A stretch of DNA of 64,000 bases from Octopus sinensis (GCF_006345805.1 NC_042998.1:35774001-35838000), one strand, 5' to 3'. Counted from the first letter of the stretch, positions 26,191 through 39,690 are shown. A program made the numbers and translations. The notes: a model not told the origin generated them from the letters alone.

Positions 26191-26523
26191 TGTTGTGTCT
26201 GGGGATAGTCACTCTCTTCTGGCGCCCTACAGCTCAACACACTCACCGGTAAAACTTCCACCCATTCCCCGCTATTCCTCCATAATTCCTACTGCGTCCT
26301 GCAACCCTTTCAATAGTTTTCAGAGTCAAAACTATTGAAAAGGTTGCAAGACACAACAAAAATTTTAGTAAAATAAAAAAGAAATAAGTGGAAACTCCAC
26401 CGGTGAGCATGCTAAACCACAAGGCACAAAAAGAGAATGACTCTCCCCAGACACAACAGAATATGCTTCAACACACAAACTCACGTAAAGAATCTTGCAA
26501 ACCAAATCCAGAAATGAAATATA

Positions 26524-27052
26524 TTAGGTTATCCGGAAAGTACGTGCCGATTTTTAATGGAAAGAAAAAGGTCAATAAATATTCGCCATTACATTTTTAA
26601 TCAACCAAATATGAACCATTTTGTTGCACAATGCGTCTCCATCTTACCTTTATCTTGAAAATACCCTCTTCCCAGAATTGAGGTGGTTTCATGGCAAAGA
26701 ATTCATCAAGGTATCTTTTTACATCATCCAAGGAATTGAAATTTTTACCATTAAGACTATTCTGCAGAGATCTGAATAAGTGGAAATCCAAAGGAGCAAT
26801 ATCTGGTGAATATGGAGGGTGGGGTAATACATCCCAGCCGAGCTGCAGCAATTTTTGTCTTGTTCCCAAAGCATCAAATGCCAAAAATGAATTGTCTTAT
26901 CTTCCATTTTAAAGGGTTACAGAATTAAGATAGCTTAAATTGTGCTCTAAATGGAGGTGTAGTCAAATCCTATTTTATGGACTCAACCATGTTCTAAAAT
27001 AAGTCGAAGGGTAAGCTACTATAAATCGGCACAAACTTTCCGGATAACCCAA
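26524..27052 (-). mobile_element. Internally deleted mariner transposon retaining only the transposase C-terminus
   Basis: 30-bp TIRs (26524-26553 and 27023-27052, 3 mismatches), TA on both sides, HPPYSPDIAPLDFHLF motif in ORF 26597-26884. Confidence 0.92.
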
Positions 27053-29563
27053 TATCATCATCATCATCATCATCATTTAGCGTCCGTTCTCCATGCTAGC
27101 ATGGGTTGGACGGTTCAACTGGGGTCTGTGAAGCTGGAAGGCTTCATCAGACCCAGTCAGATCTGGCAGTGTTTCTACGGCTGGATGCCCTTCCTAACGC
27201 CAACCACTCCGTGAGTGTAGTGGGTGCTTTTTACGTGCCACCTGCACAGGTGCCAGACAGAGCTGGCAAAAGGCCACGAACGGATGGTGCTTTTACGTGT
27301 CACCGGCACGGGGCCAGGCCAGGCTGGCAACGGACATGAACGGATGGTGCTTTTACGTGCCACCAACACGGGGGCCAGACAGTGCTGGCAAACGGCCACG
27401 AAACGGATGGTGCTTTTACGTGTCACCGGCACGGGGGCCAGGCGAGGCTGGCAACGGGCACGAACGGATGGTGCTTTTACATGCCACCGACATGGGGGCC
27501 AGACAGGGCTGGCAAACGGCCACGAACGGATGGTGCTTTTACATGTCACCGGCACGGGGGCCAGACAGAGCTGGCAAACGGCCACAAATGGATGGTACTT
27601 TTACGTGTCCCACCGGCACGGGGGCCAGGCCAGGCTGGCAACGAACACGAACGGATGGTGCTTTTACGTGCCACCTACACGGGGGCCAGACAGGGCTGGC
27701 GAACGGCTACGAACGGATGGTACTTTTACGTGTCACCTGCACGGGGGCCCTGATGTTGATCGACCTCAATTTGGTTTGATCTTGATTTTGACTGTTCTCA
27801 CTGGTCTTGCCGGGTTTTCTCACGCACAGCATACCTCCAAAGGTCTCGGTCACTGGTCATTTCCTTGGTGAGACCTAAAGTTCGAAGGTCGTGCTTCACC
27901 GCCTCGACCCAGGTTTTCCTGGGTCTACCTCTTCCACAGGTCCCCTCAACTGCCAGGGTGTGGCACTTTCGCACACAACTATCTTCAGCCATTCTCATCA
28001 CATGACCATACCAGCGCATACGTCTCTCTTGCACACAACAACTGATACTTCTTAGGTTCAACTTTTCTCTCAAGGTACTTACACTCTGTCGATTATGACA
28101 CTGACGTTACACATCCATCGGAGCATACTAGCTTCATTTCTTGCGAGCTTACGCAAATCCTCAGCAGTCACAGCCCAAGTTTCACTACCATGTAGCATGG
28201 CTGTACGTACACATGCATCATACAGTCTGCCTTTTACTTTGAGCGAGAGGCCTTTTGTCACCAGCAGAGGTAAGAGCTCTCTAAACTTTGCCCAGGCTAT
28301 TCTTACTCTAGCAGTTATACTCTCAGCGCACCCGCCCCCGCTACTGACTGGTCACCTAGGTAACGGAAACTATCAACTACTTCTAGCTTTTCTCCCTGGA
28401 AAGTGACGGAAGTTGGTCTCAGAGCATCTTCAGTGTTAATTGTTCCTGAGCATCTGCCACATACAAAAACCATCTTCCTAGTTAGCCTTCCTTTGACATT
28501 GCTGCACCTCTTATGTGTCCATAGCTTACACTTGGTGCATCTTATAGAGTTTCTACCTACACCTTTTCTACAGATCGAGCAGGGCCATCTACCTGAAGGC
28601 GTTTGTGATTGGTCTACCTTCCTACTTATTAGGACTTTGGTTTTAGCTAGGTTGATTCTAAGGCCCTTCGATTCTAAACCTTGTTTCCTTACCTGAAACT
28701 TCTCCTCTAGTTCTGATAGAGACTCAGCAATTAGAGCAAGGTCATCAGCATAGAGGAGCTCCCAGGGGCATCCTGTCTTGAATTCCTCCGTTATTGCCTG
28801 GAGGACTATGATAAATAGGAGGGGACTGAGGACTGAACCTTGGTGGACCCCAACCTCTACCCTGAATTCTTCACTGTACTCGGTGCCAACCCTCACCTTA
28901 CTAGCAGCATCTCTGTACATGGCTTGTACAGCTTTCACTAACCATTCATCTATCCCTAGTTTCCTCATTGACCACCAGATGAGGGATCGGGGGACCCTGT
29001 CGAAGGCTTTCTCCATATCAACAAAAGCCAGGTATAGGGGCTTGTCTTTGGCTAGGTATTTCTCTTGCAGCTGTCTTACCATGAAAATAGCATCAGTAGT
29101 ACTTTTCCCTGGCACGAACCCAAACTGCATCTGATCTAGGCTAACTCTCTCTCTAATTAGTTGGGCTATAACCCTCTCCGTAACCTTCATTACCTGATCC
29201 AGCAGCTTGATACCACTGTAGCTATTTGTATCTAGGGCGTCACCTTTACCTTTGTAGCAGTTGACTATTATGCTGCTGCACCAGTCATTGGGAATGACTC
29301 CTTCGTGTATCACCTGGTTAACTATACGGGTGACTAGGCTATAGCCGACACTACCAGATATTTTGAGCATCTCTGCAGTAATTCCTGATGGGCCTGGGGC
29401 TTTCCCTGTTTTCATGCTTTTAATTGCCTTATCTACTAAGGAACTGTCAACTCGGATTGCTGGTCCCTCTGTTGGGTCAACATTCGGCAGACTCTCTTTA
29501 TCCCATTCATTTTCCTCATTCAGCAACCTTTCATAGTGGCTTCTCCAAACCTCTCTCTTTGCA
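27053..29563 (-). mobile_element. 5'-truncated RTE/RTE-X-like LINE: reverse transcriptase ORF2 (frameshifted near 28315), 3' UTR and (GAT)n tail
   Basis: ORF 28315-29619 has KAPGPSG, QFGF..GKSTTDAIF, FVDMEKAFD, QGSVLSPLLF and YADD. ORFs 28079-28261 and 27798-28073 have LHGSETW, RWYGHV and GRGRPRKTW. Confidence 0.95.
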
Positions 29564-29579
29564 TATATGTATACATATA

Positions 29580-29806
29580 TACGAGGGGTGGTGGCTGAAA
29601 AGTTCTTGGCTTTGGGCAAAAGGAAATCTAAGTGGATCAGTTACTTAAGATTTTATCCAGCATATTCCATTCTCAGAGACTCGCATGCTTATTGCAGTGG
29701 CCCTTCAATTTTTCTAATCCTTGTAAAAGAACTCAGAAGGCTGGGACTCCAACCACACTTTTCGTGATACCCTTAAAGTCAGGAACTTTTCAGTACCTCT
29801 TGTGTA
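29580..29806. mobile_element. Mariner-derived MITE
   Basis: Inverted CTGAAAAGTTC(T/C)TG(G/A)CTTT ends in a TA context. The minus strand has a decayed WLESQPSEFF..GLEKL..CNK mariner-like C-terminus. Confidence 0.7.
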
Positions 29807-29920
29807 TATATGTTCTTTTATTCTTTTACTTGTTTCAGTCATTTGACTGTGGCCATGCTTTTAGTCGAACAAATCAACCCCAGGACTTATTCTTTGTAAG
29901 CCTAGTACTCATTCCATTAA

Positions 29921-30168
29921 TCTGACGTCATGTAATGTTATGGGTTGGGTCTGCCCCTGTGGCGAATCTCCGACATATCATGTAATGTAATGTTATGGAT
30001 TAGGTCTGCCCCTCTGGCGAATCTCTGACAAGTCATGTAATGTTATGGATTAGGTCTGCCCCTCTGGCGAATCTGAAACGTCATGTAATGTTATGGATTG
30101 GGTCTGCCCCTATGGCGAATCTGACATAACCTTACATGACATGTCAGATTTGCCAGAGGGGCAGGGCC
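29921..30168. repeat. ~50-bp tandem repeat x4 followed by one inverted unit
   Basis: GTCATGTAATGTTATGGATT(A/G)GGTCTGCCCCTCTGGCGAATCT units, with a reverse-complement unit at 30126-30168. Confidence 0.85.
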
Positions 30169-31559
30169 AGTACAGGGTGTTTAGGCTAAATTAGATGATT
30201 TTTTTCTAGGTCCCCTTTTTTTCAGGAACAGCTTGACTGATGAACAGTCAACTGAGTTGGAGAGCATAATAATAATAATAATAATATTAATGATGATGAA
30301 CTTATTCTATACAATGCTCTGGTGAAGTACCACTCATCAGAAAAAGTACCCAGAAAGGACATGAGCAGTAAATAGAGTAATGCACAGAAAGCGAACAGTT
30401 AACGAGTTGTTTTTTTTTGGGGGGGGGGGGGGCTATCAGGTGTACTTTTGGCAAATTTTGGGAAGCATGGAAGTGTTTAAGGGTGTAGTGTCCTGACAGC
30501 TAACAACTGATGTGAATTTTTTATTACCTGCTTCAGCAAATGTTATCTTATTTCTTTTTGTTGCAATTCGGAATAGAAAAGTTTTTATTATAAATTCATT
30601 AAAAGTGGTGACTTGATTGAAATGGATGAGTAGTGCCAGATTAAATTAATGTCTCACTTTGTGACTCTGTGAGTGAGTGAGAGAGGGGGGCGGAGAATTA
30701 GGCTGAAAGATTGGTCAATTAGTTTCATTGTTTTCACTTAGTTAATGGAGACAGTTTGGACATGACTCTAGACCAAATGAAAATTTTAGTCAGTGCTCAT
30801 TTCAGTACCATTTTAATATACTCACTTCTGTTGCATACGATAAAAGAGGATGGTTTCACTTCTGACGCCTTGACTGTGGCCATGCTGGAGCACCACCTTT
30901 TAGTCGAGGAAATTGACGCCGGGACTTATTCTTTGTAAGCCTAGTACTGATTCTATCGGTCTCTTTTTGCTGAACTACTAAGTTACGGCAATGTAAACAT
31001 ACCAGCATCAGATGTCAAGCAATGTTGGGTGGGACAAACACACACATACATATATACGATGGGCTTCATTCAGTTTCCGTCTACCAAATCCACTCACAAG
31101 GCTTTGGTCAGCTCGAGGCTATAGTAGAAGATACTTGCCCAATGTGCCACACAGTGGGACTGAACCCAGAACCATGTGGTTTCTAAGCAAGCTACTTACC
31201 ACACAGCCACTCCTGTGCCTATGTACAAAGAAAAAAGGCTAAAATAAACAATATTCTGTGTTAAAGATTTTAAAATCTTTTAATGTATGCGAAATTATAT
31301 TGAAATACATACAAGAACATACATATCATCATCATCATCATTTAACATCCGTTTTCCATGCTGGCATGGGTTGGATGGTTTGGCAGAAGCTTGCAAGTTG
31401 CAGAGCTGCATCAGGTTGTTCCTGTTGGCATGGTTTCTCTGCTTGGACATTCTTCATAATGCCTATCACTTTACGGTGTGTAGTGGATGCTTTATATGTG
31501 GCACCAGCATGGGTGCTTTTGATGTAAATCAATAACATAACTGAAATTAATTTGACTGT

Positions 31560-31595
<36 letters not shown>

Positions 31596-33365
31596 TGGAC
31601 ACATTTTCATTCTGTAATGTGAACGTTTTTAGTTGAAGAATGTGGAGGCGCGTAGCTTAGTGGTTAGGGGTGTCAGCATCATGATTGTAAGATTGTAATT
31701 TCGATTCCTGGACCGGGCGATGCATTGCGTTCTTGAGCAAAACATCTCATTTCATGTTGCTCCAGTCCACTCAGCTGACAAAAATGAGTAACGCTGCAAT
31801 GGACTGGCTCCTGTCCAGCTAGGGAACACATACGCCATTGAAACCAGGAAACCGGGCCCATGAGCCTGCCTAGGCTTTAAAAGAGGGCACATTTATTTTT
31901 GGTGGAGGCACATAGACTAGTGGTTAGAGCAGTAGACTTGCAGGTTTGAATCTCAGACCAGGTGATGTGAGTGTTTATGAGCAAAGCACCTAAGCTCCAT
32001 GCATCTCCAGCAAAAAGTAATGGCGAACTTCTGCTGACTCTTTCACCACAACTTTCTCTCACTCTTTCCTCCTGCATCTTGCAGCTCACCTGCGACGGAC
32101 CGGCATCCCGTCCAGGTGGAGAACCTATATGCCAAGGAAACGGGGAAACCAGCACTTATGAGCCAGGCATAGCTTGAGAAGGACCAAAAAAAAAAAAAAA
32201 CATACTTTTGAAGAATCATAGTTCATTTGATCTGCTTGAAAGAACAGCCGAACCTCTCTCAAATCACACTCCACCATCTAAGAAAAGGACGTGTTAAATA
32301 ATGCAAATCTTCCTAAAATATTGTTATCAGAAATCTGTTCGATCAGGGCTCTAAGCTTGGGTTAAACAACAACAATTAAAGCTTTGGGTCCTTGGGTGTT
32401 GTAATTCTTACCAATTTTAAGAGATTCTTTACTGGACAAGAATAACAGCAATTGATGTTATGTATTTGGAAACAGGACCAACACAGAACCTGTTGATCTA
32501 CATCTATTCAAACTTGTTTCGGTCATTAAACTGCAGCCATGCTGGTGCACCACCATGAAGGTTTAACCAAACAAATTAACCCCCCAGTATTTTTTTTTCT
32601 TTTTTGTAAAGCCTGATACTTTTTGCCAAACCACTAAGTTAGAGGGACATAAACAAACCAACACTGGTTGTCAGGTGGTGGTAGGACACACCCATACGCA
32701 CAAAGGTCTGGCTTCTTTCAGTTTCCATCTACCAGATCCACTCAGAAAACTTTGGTAGGCTTGAGGCTGTAGTAGAAGACACTTGCCCAATGTGGCACGC
32801 AGTGGGACTGAACCTGGAACCATGTGGTTGGGAAGCAAGCTTTTTACTATGCAGCCACCATATGTTCTCTTTTTTTTTCCTTTGCCTGCGCCACCTTGAC
32901 TGGCTTCTGTGCTGGTGGCAAGTAAAAAGCACCCACTATACTCACAGAGTGGTTGATGTTAGGAAGGGCATCCAGCTGTAGAAACACTGCCAGATCAGAC
33001 TGGAGCTTGGTGCAGCCTTCTGGCTTCCCAAACCCTGCTCAAACTGTCCAACCCATGCCAGCATGGAAAACGGGCATTAAACGATGATGATAATGATGAA
33101 TGCTAGAAAGAAGTTTTAATTTCTCCTGAAAATTATTTTCCTTTGTTTTTGATTTATCCGTAGATCCTATTTCAATGCCTACCCACATGGTTTGTTCCAC
33201 CATTCTTACACTCTTGGAAAGTCTTCTTACGGATCAGTTCAATGAGAGCTTTGTCAGTGCGCCAAACATCATCATCATCATCAGTTTGTTGTTGCAGTCA
33301 GGCAGATAGCTTAGAAAAATAAAACATAAAATCTTCATTCATGCAGAGTTTTAATGGAAATTTTG

Positions 33366-33458
33366 CTATGGAAACTTGGAATAATATATATATATATATA
33401 ATTACAAGTTTCCATAAATATATATATATATATATATTATATATAATTACAAGTTTCC

Positions 33459-33489
<31 letters not shown>

Positions 33490-33571
33490 GATATATATAT
33501 AATTACAAGTTTCCATAAATATATATATATATATATATATAATATATATATATATATTACAAGTTTCCATA

Positions 33572-33609
<38 letters not shown>

Positions 33610-33618
33610 CCAGTTTCC

Positions 33619-33667
<49 letters not shown>

Positions 33668-34313
33668 CAAGTTTCCATAACCCGTGGCCCCTACCTGCGA
33701 CGTAGTCAGTCCACCTGTGCATACCTTCCTTCTTGTGACACTTGTGAAGACCTGTTGAGGCAAGTGAAAATCAAAAAAAAACAAATCAAAATCAGATGAA
33801 CATCAATGGAATTTGTATCTTTGTGGTACCATGCCGGTGGCACACATGAAAATCATCCGAACGTGGCCGTAGCCAGTACCGCATAGACTGGCCTCCGTGC
33901 TTTGGGGACGTAACAAACACCATCCGATCGTGGCCGTCCGCCAGCCTCATCTGGCACCTGTGTCGGTGGTACATAAAAACACCATCCGAGCGTGGCCCTC
34001 TGCCAGCCTCGTCTGGCACCTGTGTCGGTGGCACATAAAAACAACCATCCGAGCGTGGCCGTTCGCCAGCCTCGTCTGGCACCTGTGTCGGTGGCACATT
34101 AAATCACCCACTACACTCTCGGAGTGGTTGGCGTTAGGAAGGGCATCCAGCTGTAGAAACACTGCCAGATCTGACTGGCCTGGTGCAGCCTTCGGGCTCC
34201 CCAGACCCCAGTTGAACCGTCCAACCCATGCTAGCATGGAAAACGGACGCTAAATGATGATGATGATGATGATGATGATGATAATTACAAGTTTCCATAA
34301 ATATATATATATA

Positions 34314-34353
<40 letters not shown>

Positions 34354-34387
34354 CAAGTTTCCATAAATATATATATGATGATGATAT

Positions 34388-34419
<32 letters not shown>

Positions 34420-34476
34420 ATTACAAGTTTCCATAAATATATATATGATGATGATGATATATTATATATATATATA

Positions 34477-34507
<31 letters not shown>

Positions 34508-34542
34508 ATTACAAGTTCCATAAATATATATATATATGATGA

Positions 34543-34587
<45 letters not shown>

Positions 34588-34667
34588 ATATATATATGAT
34601 GATGATATATATATATATATAATTACAAGTTTCCATAAATATATATATATATTATATGATGATGATG

Positions 34668-34698
<31 letters not shown>

Positions 34699-34748
34699 TA
34701 TAATTACAAGTTTCCATAAATATATATATATATATGATGATGATGATG

Positions 34749-34779
<31 letters not shown>

Positions 34780-34920
34780 TATATAATTACAAGTTTCCAT
34801 AAATATATATATATGATGATGATGATGATGATATAGATATATATATATATATATATAATTACAAGTTTCCATAAATATACATATATATATATATAATATA
34901 TATGTATGTATGTATATATA
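33366..34920. repeat. Compound (AT)n/AATTACAAGTTTCCAT minisatellite, ~14 units
   Basis: About 6 units left and 8 units right of the LINE insertion, separated by (AT)n tracts. Confidence 0.92.
33681..34280 (+). mobile_element. RTE-X-like LINE 3' UTR insertion with a 20-bp target-site duplication
   Basis: Same subfamily as the 22125 copy, ends in (GAT)n, flanked by ATAATTACAAGTTTCCATAA at 33661-33680 and 34281-34300. Confidence 0.9.
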
Positions 34921-35641
34921 AATATGAACAGCTGCCAATTATAATTGAGCTGGTTTAAATTTTCAGCAGCCAAACTATACTTGCAACTATTTTGAGATTG
35001 TTATTGATATTATACGTCTAAAAGTTTGGTGAAGAGTTGTTAATTAACCCCAAGACTCCCATGATCCAAAAGAGCTATGGTTTTCCTTTTTGTTTTTGTT
35101 TTTTTATTATCTCTAACACTACATTATGATATGTTCGTAGGTTGTGATTGGAGAGAGTGATTTAGCTGCAGTTTCTAGCACAGTGCTTCTCAACCTTTTT
35201 AATATCCAGGCCAGATCCAAAAACCTGAATTTATTGTTCTTTTAGGGGCTGCATCAAAAAGAATGTAAAGCATAAGTCAATTAATGAAAAAATTTATTAG
35301 ATATTATAAAACTTTATAATGTGGTAAGTAGCTTGCTTACGAACCACATGGTTCCGGGTTCAGTCCCACTGCGGGGCACCTTGGGCAAGTGTCTTCTATA
35401 GCCTCAGGCCGACCAAAGCCTTGTGAGTGGATTTGGTAGACGGAAACTGAAAGAAGCCCACCGTATATATATGTGTGTGTATGTTTGTGTGTTCCCCCAA
35501 CATCGCTTGACAACCAATGCTGATGTGTTTACGCCCCCGTAACTTAGCGGTTTGGCAAAAGAGACTGATAGAATAAGTATTAGGCTTACAAAGAATAAGT
35601 CCTGGGGTTAATTTCCTTGACTGTTACCTTGGGCAAGTGTC

Positions 35642-35673
<32 letters not shown>

Positions 35674-36359
35674 GTGCGTGTATGTTTGTGTTTGTCCCCC
35701 TAGCATTGCTTGACAACCGATGCTGGTGTGTTTATGTCCCCGTCACATAGCGGTTCAGCAAAAGAGACCGATAGAATAAGTACTGGGCTTACAAAGAATA
35801 AGTCCCAGGGTCGAGTTGCTCGACTAAAGGCGGTGCTCCAGCATGGCCGCAGTCAACTGACTGAAACAAGTAAAAGAGAGAGTAAAGAGAGCTACCAAAA
35901 GGATTTTTGAGGGCTGCATGTGGCCCTGGGAGCTGCAGTTGACAACTGCTGTTCTAGCAGGTTAACGAGCTACTAAATGTTCCTTTATTATTAGTCCTCT
36001 TTGAACTCTTGTTTTTTTTTGTCTATATTGAATTATTTAATCTCCATTCGTCATCTGATAGCATCCAAAATTTCTTTTTTGTCTTCTCATCATTCTTAAT
36101 CTAGCTCAGCTTCCAGATTCTGCATGAACCCACCAGCATTTAAACCAGCCATATCAGACCGAAATATTTTTTTGTTTTATGTTAAAAATTACCAGATCCG
36201 ACCTCTCACACCTCCTCTACAATGTCCTTCTAATACTAAACAATCGCACCATCGAAATCTTGAAGCTACGAGATGATTCATGATAAACTGGAAACCAAGT
36301 GAATAAATAAGCATCACGTTTGACAGAGCAATCTGAATGTTAGAGGGTTAAATGCTTAC

Positions 36360-36670
36360 ATACAAACTTGGTACATAGTTGCATAACACACACAGACATG
36401 CACACACAAGGAGACAGAGGTGCATACATATACAAATACATGCTCACCCACACATACATAGAAAATACACAAACACGGACATGCAAGCACATGAATCTGC
36501 AGGATATGTACATACAGATGCACACACGTACATACATATATACATTTGCATACACACACACACATATATATATACATACATACACATGCAAACACACACA
36601 TACATACGTACATGCATGCATGTATAGGCACACACACACACTGACCCACACACATGCGCACAAACAAACA
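36360..36670. repeat. Degenerate (CA/TA)n compound microsatellite
   Basis: Alternating purine-pyrimidine tract. Confidence 0.85.
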
Positions 36671-39266
36671 AAAGGGAACGCAGTGTAAATAACACAGTCA
36701 AAACTATTGAAAAGGTTCCAAGATGCAACGCAAATTTTAGGACAATAAAAATAAGAAAAAAAGTGGAAATTTTACCGGTGAGTGTGTTAAATTATAAGGC
36801 ACAAAAAGAAAATGACTCTCCCCAGACACAACAGAATATGCTTTCTAGTCCATTCCTTTCAACAACTGCAGCCCTCTGCATTACCGCATGCACTTCTTGC
36901 AGAGATTGACCTGTATCTATTCAAACTGAACTGATCAATAGATTTACTGGCCATGCCTCGGTCACGATGACAAACATTCCAAGTCATTCAATCAGTAGAA
37001 AGGCCTGCTTGTGAAATTAACTTACGAGTGGCTGAGCATTCCACAGACACATGTACCCCTAATGTAGTTCTCAGGGAGATTGCAGGTAAACTGGAGCAAC
37101 AGGAAATAAAGTGTCTTGCTGAAGGACACAACGCACCACTGGGAATTGAACTCACGACCTTACAATTGTGAGCTGAATATCTTAACCACTAAGCCATGCA
37201 CCTTCGTTAACTCATTAGTATAGAGGAGCCTCCGAAGGTCATAGAAGAGCTTCTGAAGGTCACAGGCACACACCCTCTTACATTAATGGTTCTTAACCAG
37301 GGCCCATAGAAGGTTTTGTTGTTAAAACTTATGTCCAATAAACTGTTCATATTTTTATGATACACAAAATATTTTTAATAATTCTTTTATATATGGCACC
37401 AACTGGCCTCCGTGCTGGTGGCACATAAAAAAAGCACCATCCGATTGTGGCCATTGCCAGCCTCGTCTGGCCCCCGTGCCGGTGGCACGTAAAAAGCATC
37501 ATCCGATCGTGGCCGTTGCCAGCCTCCCCTGGTACCTGTGCAGGTGGCATGTAAAAAGCACCCACTACACTCACAGAGTGGTTGGCGTTAGGAAGGGCAT
37601 CCAGCTGTAGAAACACTGCCAGATCAGACTGGGCCTGGCACAGCCCTCTGGCTTCCCAGACCCCAGTTGAACCGTCCAACCCATGCTAGCATGGAAAATG
37701 GACGCTAAACGATGATGATGAGGAGGAGGAAGAGTGGCTGTGTGGTAAGTAGATTGTTTTCCAACCACATGGTTCTGGGTTCAGTCCCACTGCAAGTGTT
37801 TTCTAGTATAGCCTTGGGCAAGTGTTTTCTAGTATAGCCTCGGGCCAACCAAAGCCTCATGAGTGGATTTGGTTGATGGAAATTGAAAGAAGGCCATTGT
37901 ATATGTGTGTGTGTGTGTATTTGTGTTTCTGTGTTTGTTCCCCCATCATCACTTGACAACCGTTGGTGTGTTTACATCCCTGTAACTTAGCAGTTCGGCA
38001 AAAGAGACTGATAGAATAAGTACTAGACTTACGAAGAATAAGTCCTGGGGTCGAATTGTTCGACTAAAGGCAGTGCTCCAGCATGGCCGCAGTCAAAATG
38101 ACTGAAACGATAAAAGAATGCAATTCCAAACTATTTAATTATTAAAATATAATAGGATTGTTTACATATGGAACGGTTATGAGGTTCTACCTTAGTAAAA
38201 ATAGGAATCAGAGGAGTCTATACTCTCTCTCTTTTACTTGTTTCAGTCATGACTGCGACCATGCTGGAGCACCGCCTTTAATCAAGCAACTCGACCCCGG
38301 GACTTATTCTTTTGTAAGCCCAGTACTTATTCTATCGGTCTCTTTTGCCGAACCGCTAAGTAACGGGGACATAAACACACCAGCATTGGTTGTCAAGCAA
38401 AAGCTAGGGGGACAAACACACACACACACACACACACACACATATGATGGGCTTCTTTCAGTTTCCGCCTACCAAATCCACTCACAAGGCTTTGGTCGGC
38501 CCGAGGCTATAGTAGAAGACACTTGCCCAAGGTGCCATGCAGAGGGACTGAACCTGGAACCATGTGTTTGGTAAACAATCTACTTACCACACAGCCACTC
38601 CTGCGCTTATAGCAAGAAAAAAAAATAAGGCTGAGAAGCACTGCATAAAAAAAAAAAGGGAGCTCTGTTTACCCCTGTCACAGTATGTTCCCACTATATT
38701 GGGATTAGCATTAGCGAAATCTCTACTGGATTGCCAAGTAAATCATAATAAACAACAAACAACATACGTAGAAAAAGATGATAAAAATACTAAAAATAGA
38801 CGACTGATTACTACCAACTTTGAAGTCAAGTGTTGTTTCTGACTCATTGTTAATCGTGTCTCCCATGGCTGTTGTTTATTTTCGTTTTTAATCAAAAAAC
38901 AAACAAACACTGATTTTGCACTGGCAGGAGTGTGTGATGAACTCAGTGCTTCCTCTTGTAAACTAGCAAAGCCTTAGTCTCTTTGCTGTTGAGAAAATTA
39001 TTGAAGGCACAGGTGGTGTAGCTGTGTGCTAAGAAGCTTGCTTCCTGACCACGTGGTTCCGGGTTCAGTCCCACTGCGTAGCATCTTTGGCAAGCATATT
39101 CTACTATAGCCTTGGTGGATGGAAACTGAAAGAAGCCCATCATGTATGTTTGTGTTTGGTTAGGAAGCTTGCTTCCCGGCTACGTATTTTTTTTTTTTGT
39201 GATTCTGTCCCATTAATTTGCCTGAAATTGTTACTCATGGACTGGATATGCAACTATTTATTTTTT

Positions 39267-39690
39267 GCAGTCTGCCCCCAGCTTTGCCAGCCTCCCCCCC
39301 CCCCGCTTGGCCAGTCTGCCCCCTGCTTGGCCAGTCTGCCCCCAGCTTGGCCAGTCTTCCCCCAGCTTGGCCAGTCTGCCCCCAGCTTGGCCAGTCTTCC
39401 CCCAGTTTGGCCAGTCTTCCCCCAGTTTGGCCAGTCTGCCCTCAGTTTGGCCAGTCTTCCCCCAGTTTGGCCAGTCTTCCCCCAGTTTGGCCAGTTTTCC
39501 CCCAGCATGGCCAGTTTTCCCCCAGCTTGGCCAGTCTGCCCCCAGCTTGGCCAGTCTGCTCCCCTCTTGGCAAATCTGCCCCCAGTTTGGCCAGTCTGCC
39601 CCCAGTTTGGCCAGTCTGCTCCCAGCTTGGCCAGTCTGCCCCCAGTTTGGCCAGTCTTCCCCCAGCTTGGCCACAGTCTAATGATTGAAA
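39267..39690. repeat. 20-bp minisatellite (CCCAGYTTGGCCAGTCTKCC), ~18 units
   Basis: Exact 20-nt period from 39311 to 39670. Confidence 0.95.

Noticed and set aside
33298-34973. Ile/Tyr-rich ORFs
   Set aside because: Translations of (AT)n microsatellite.
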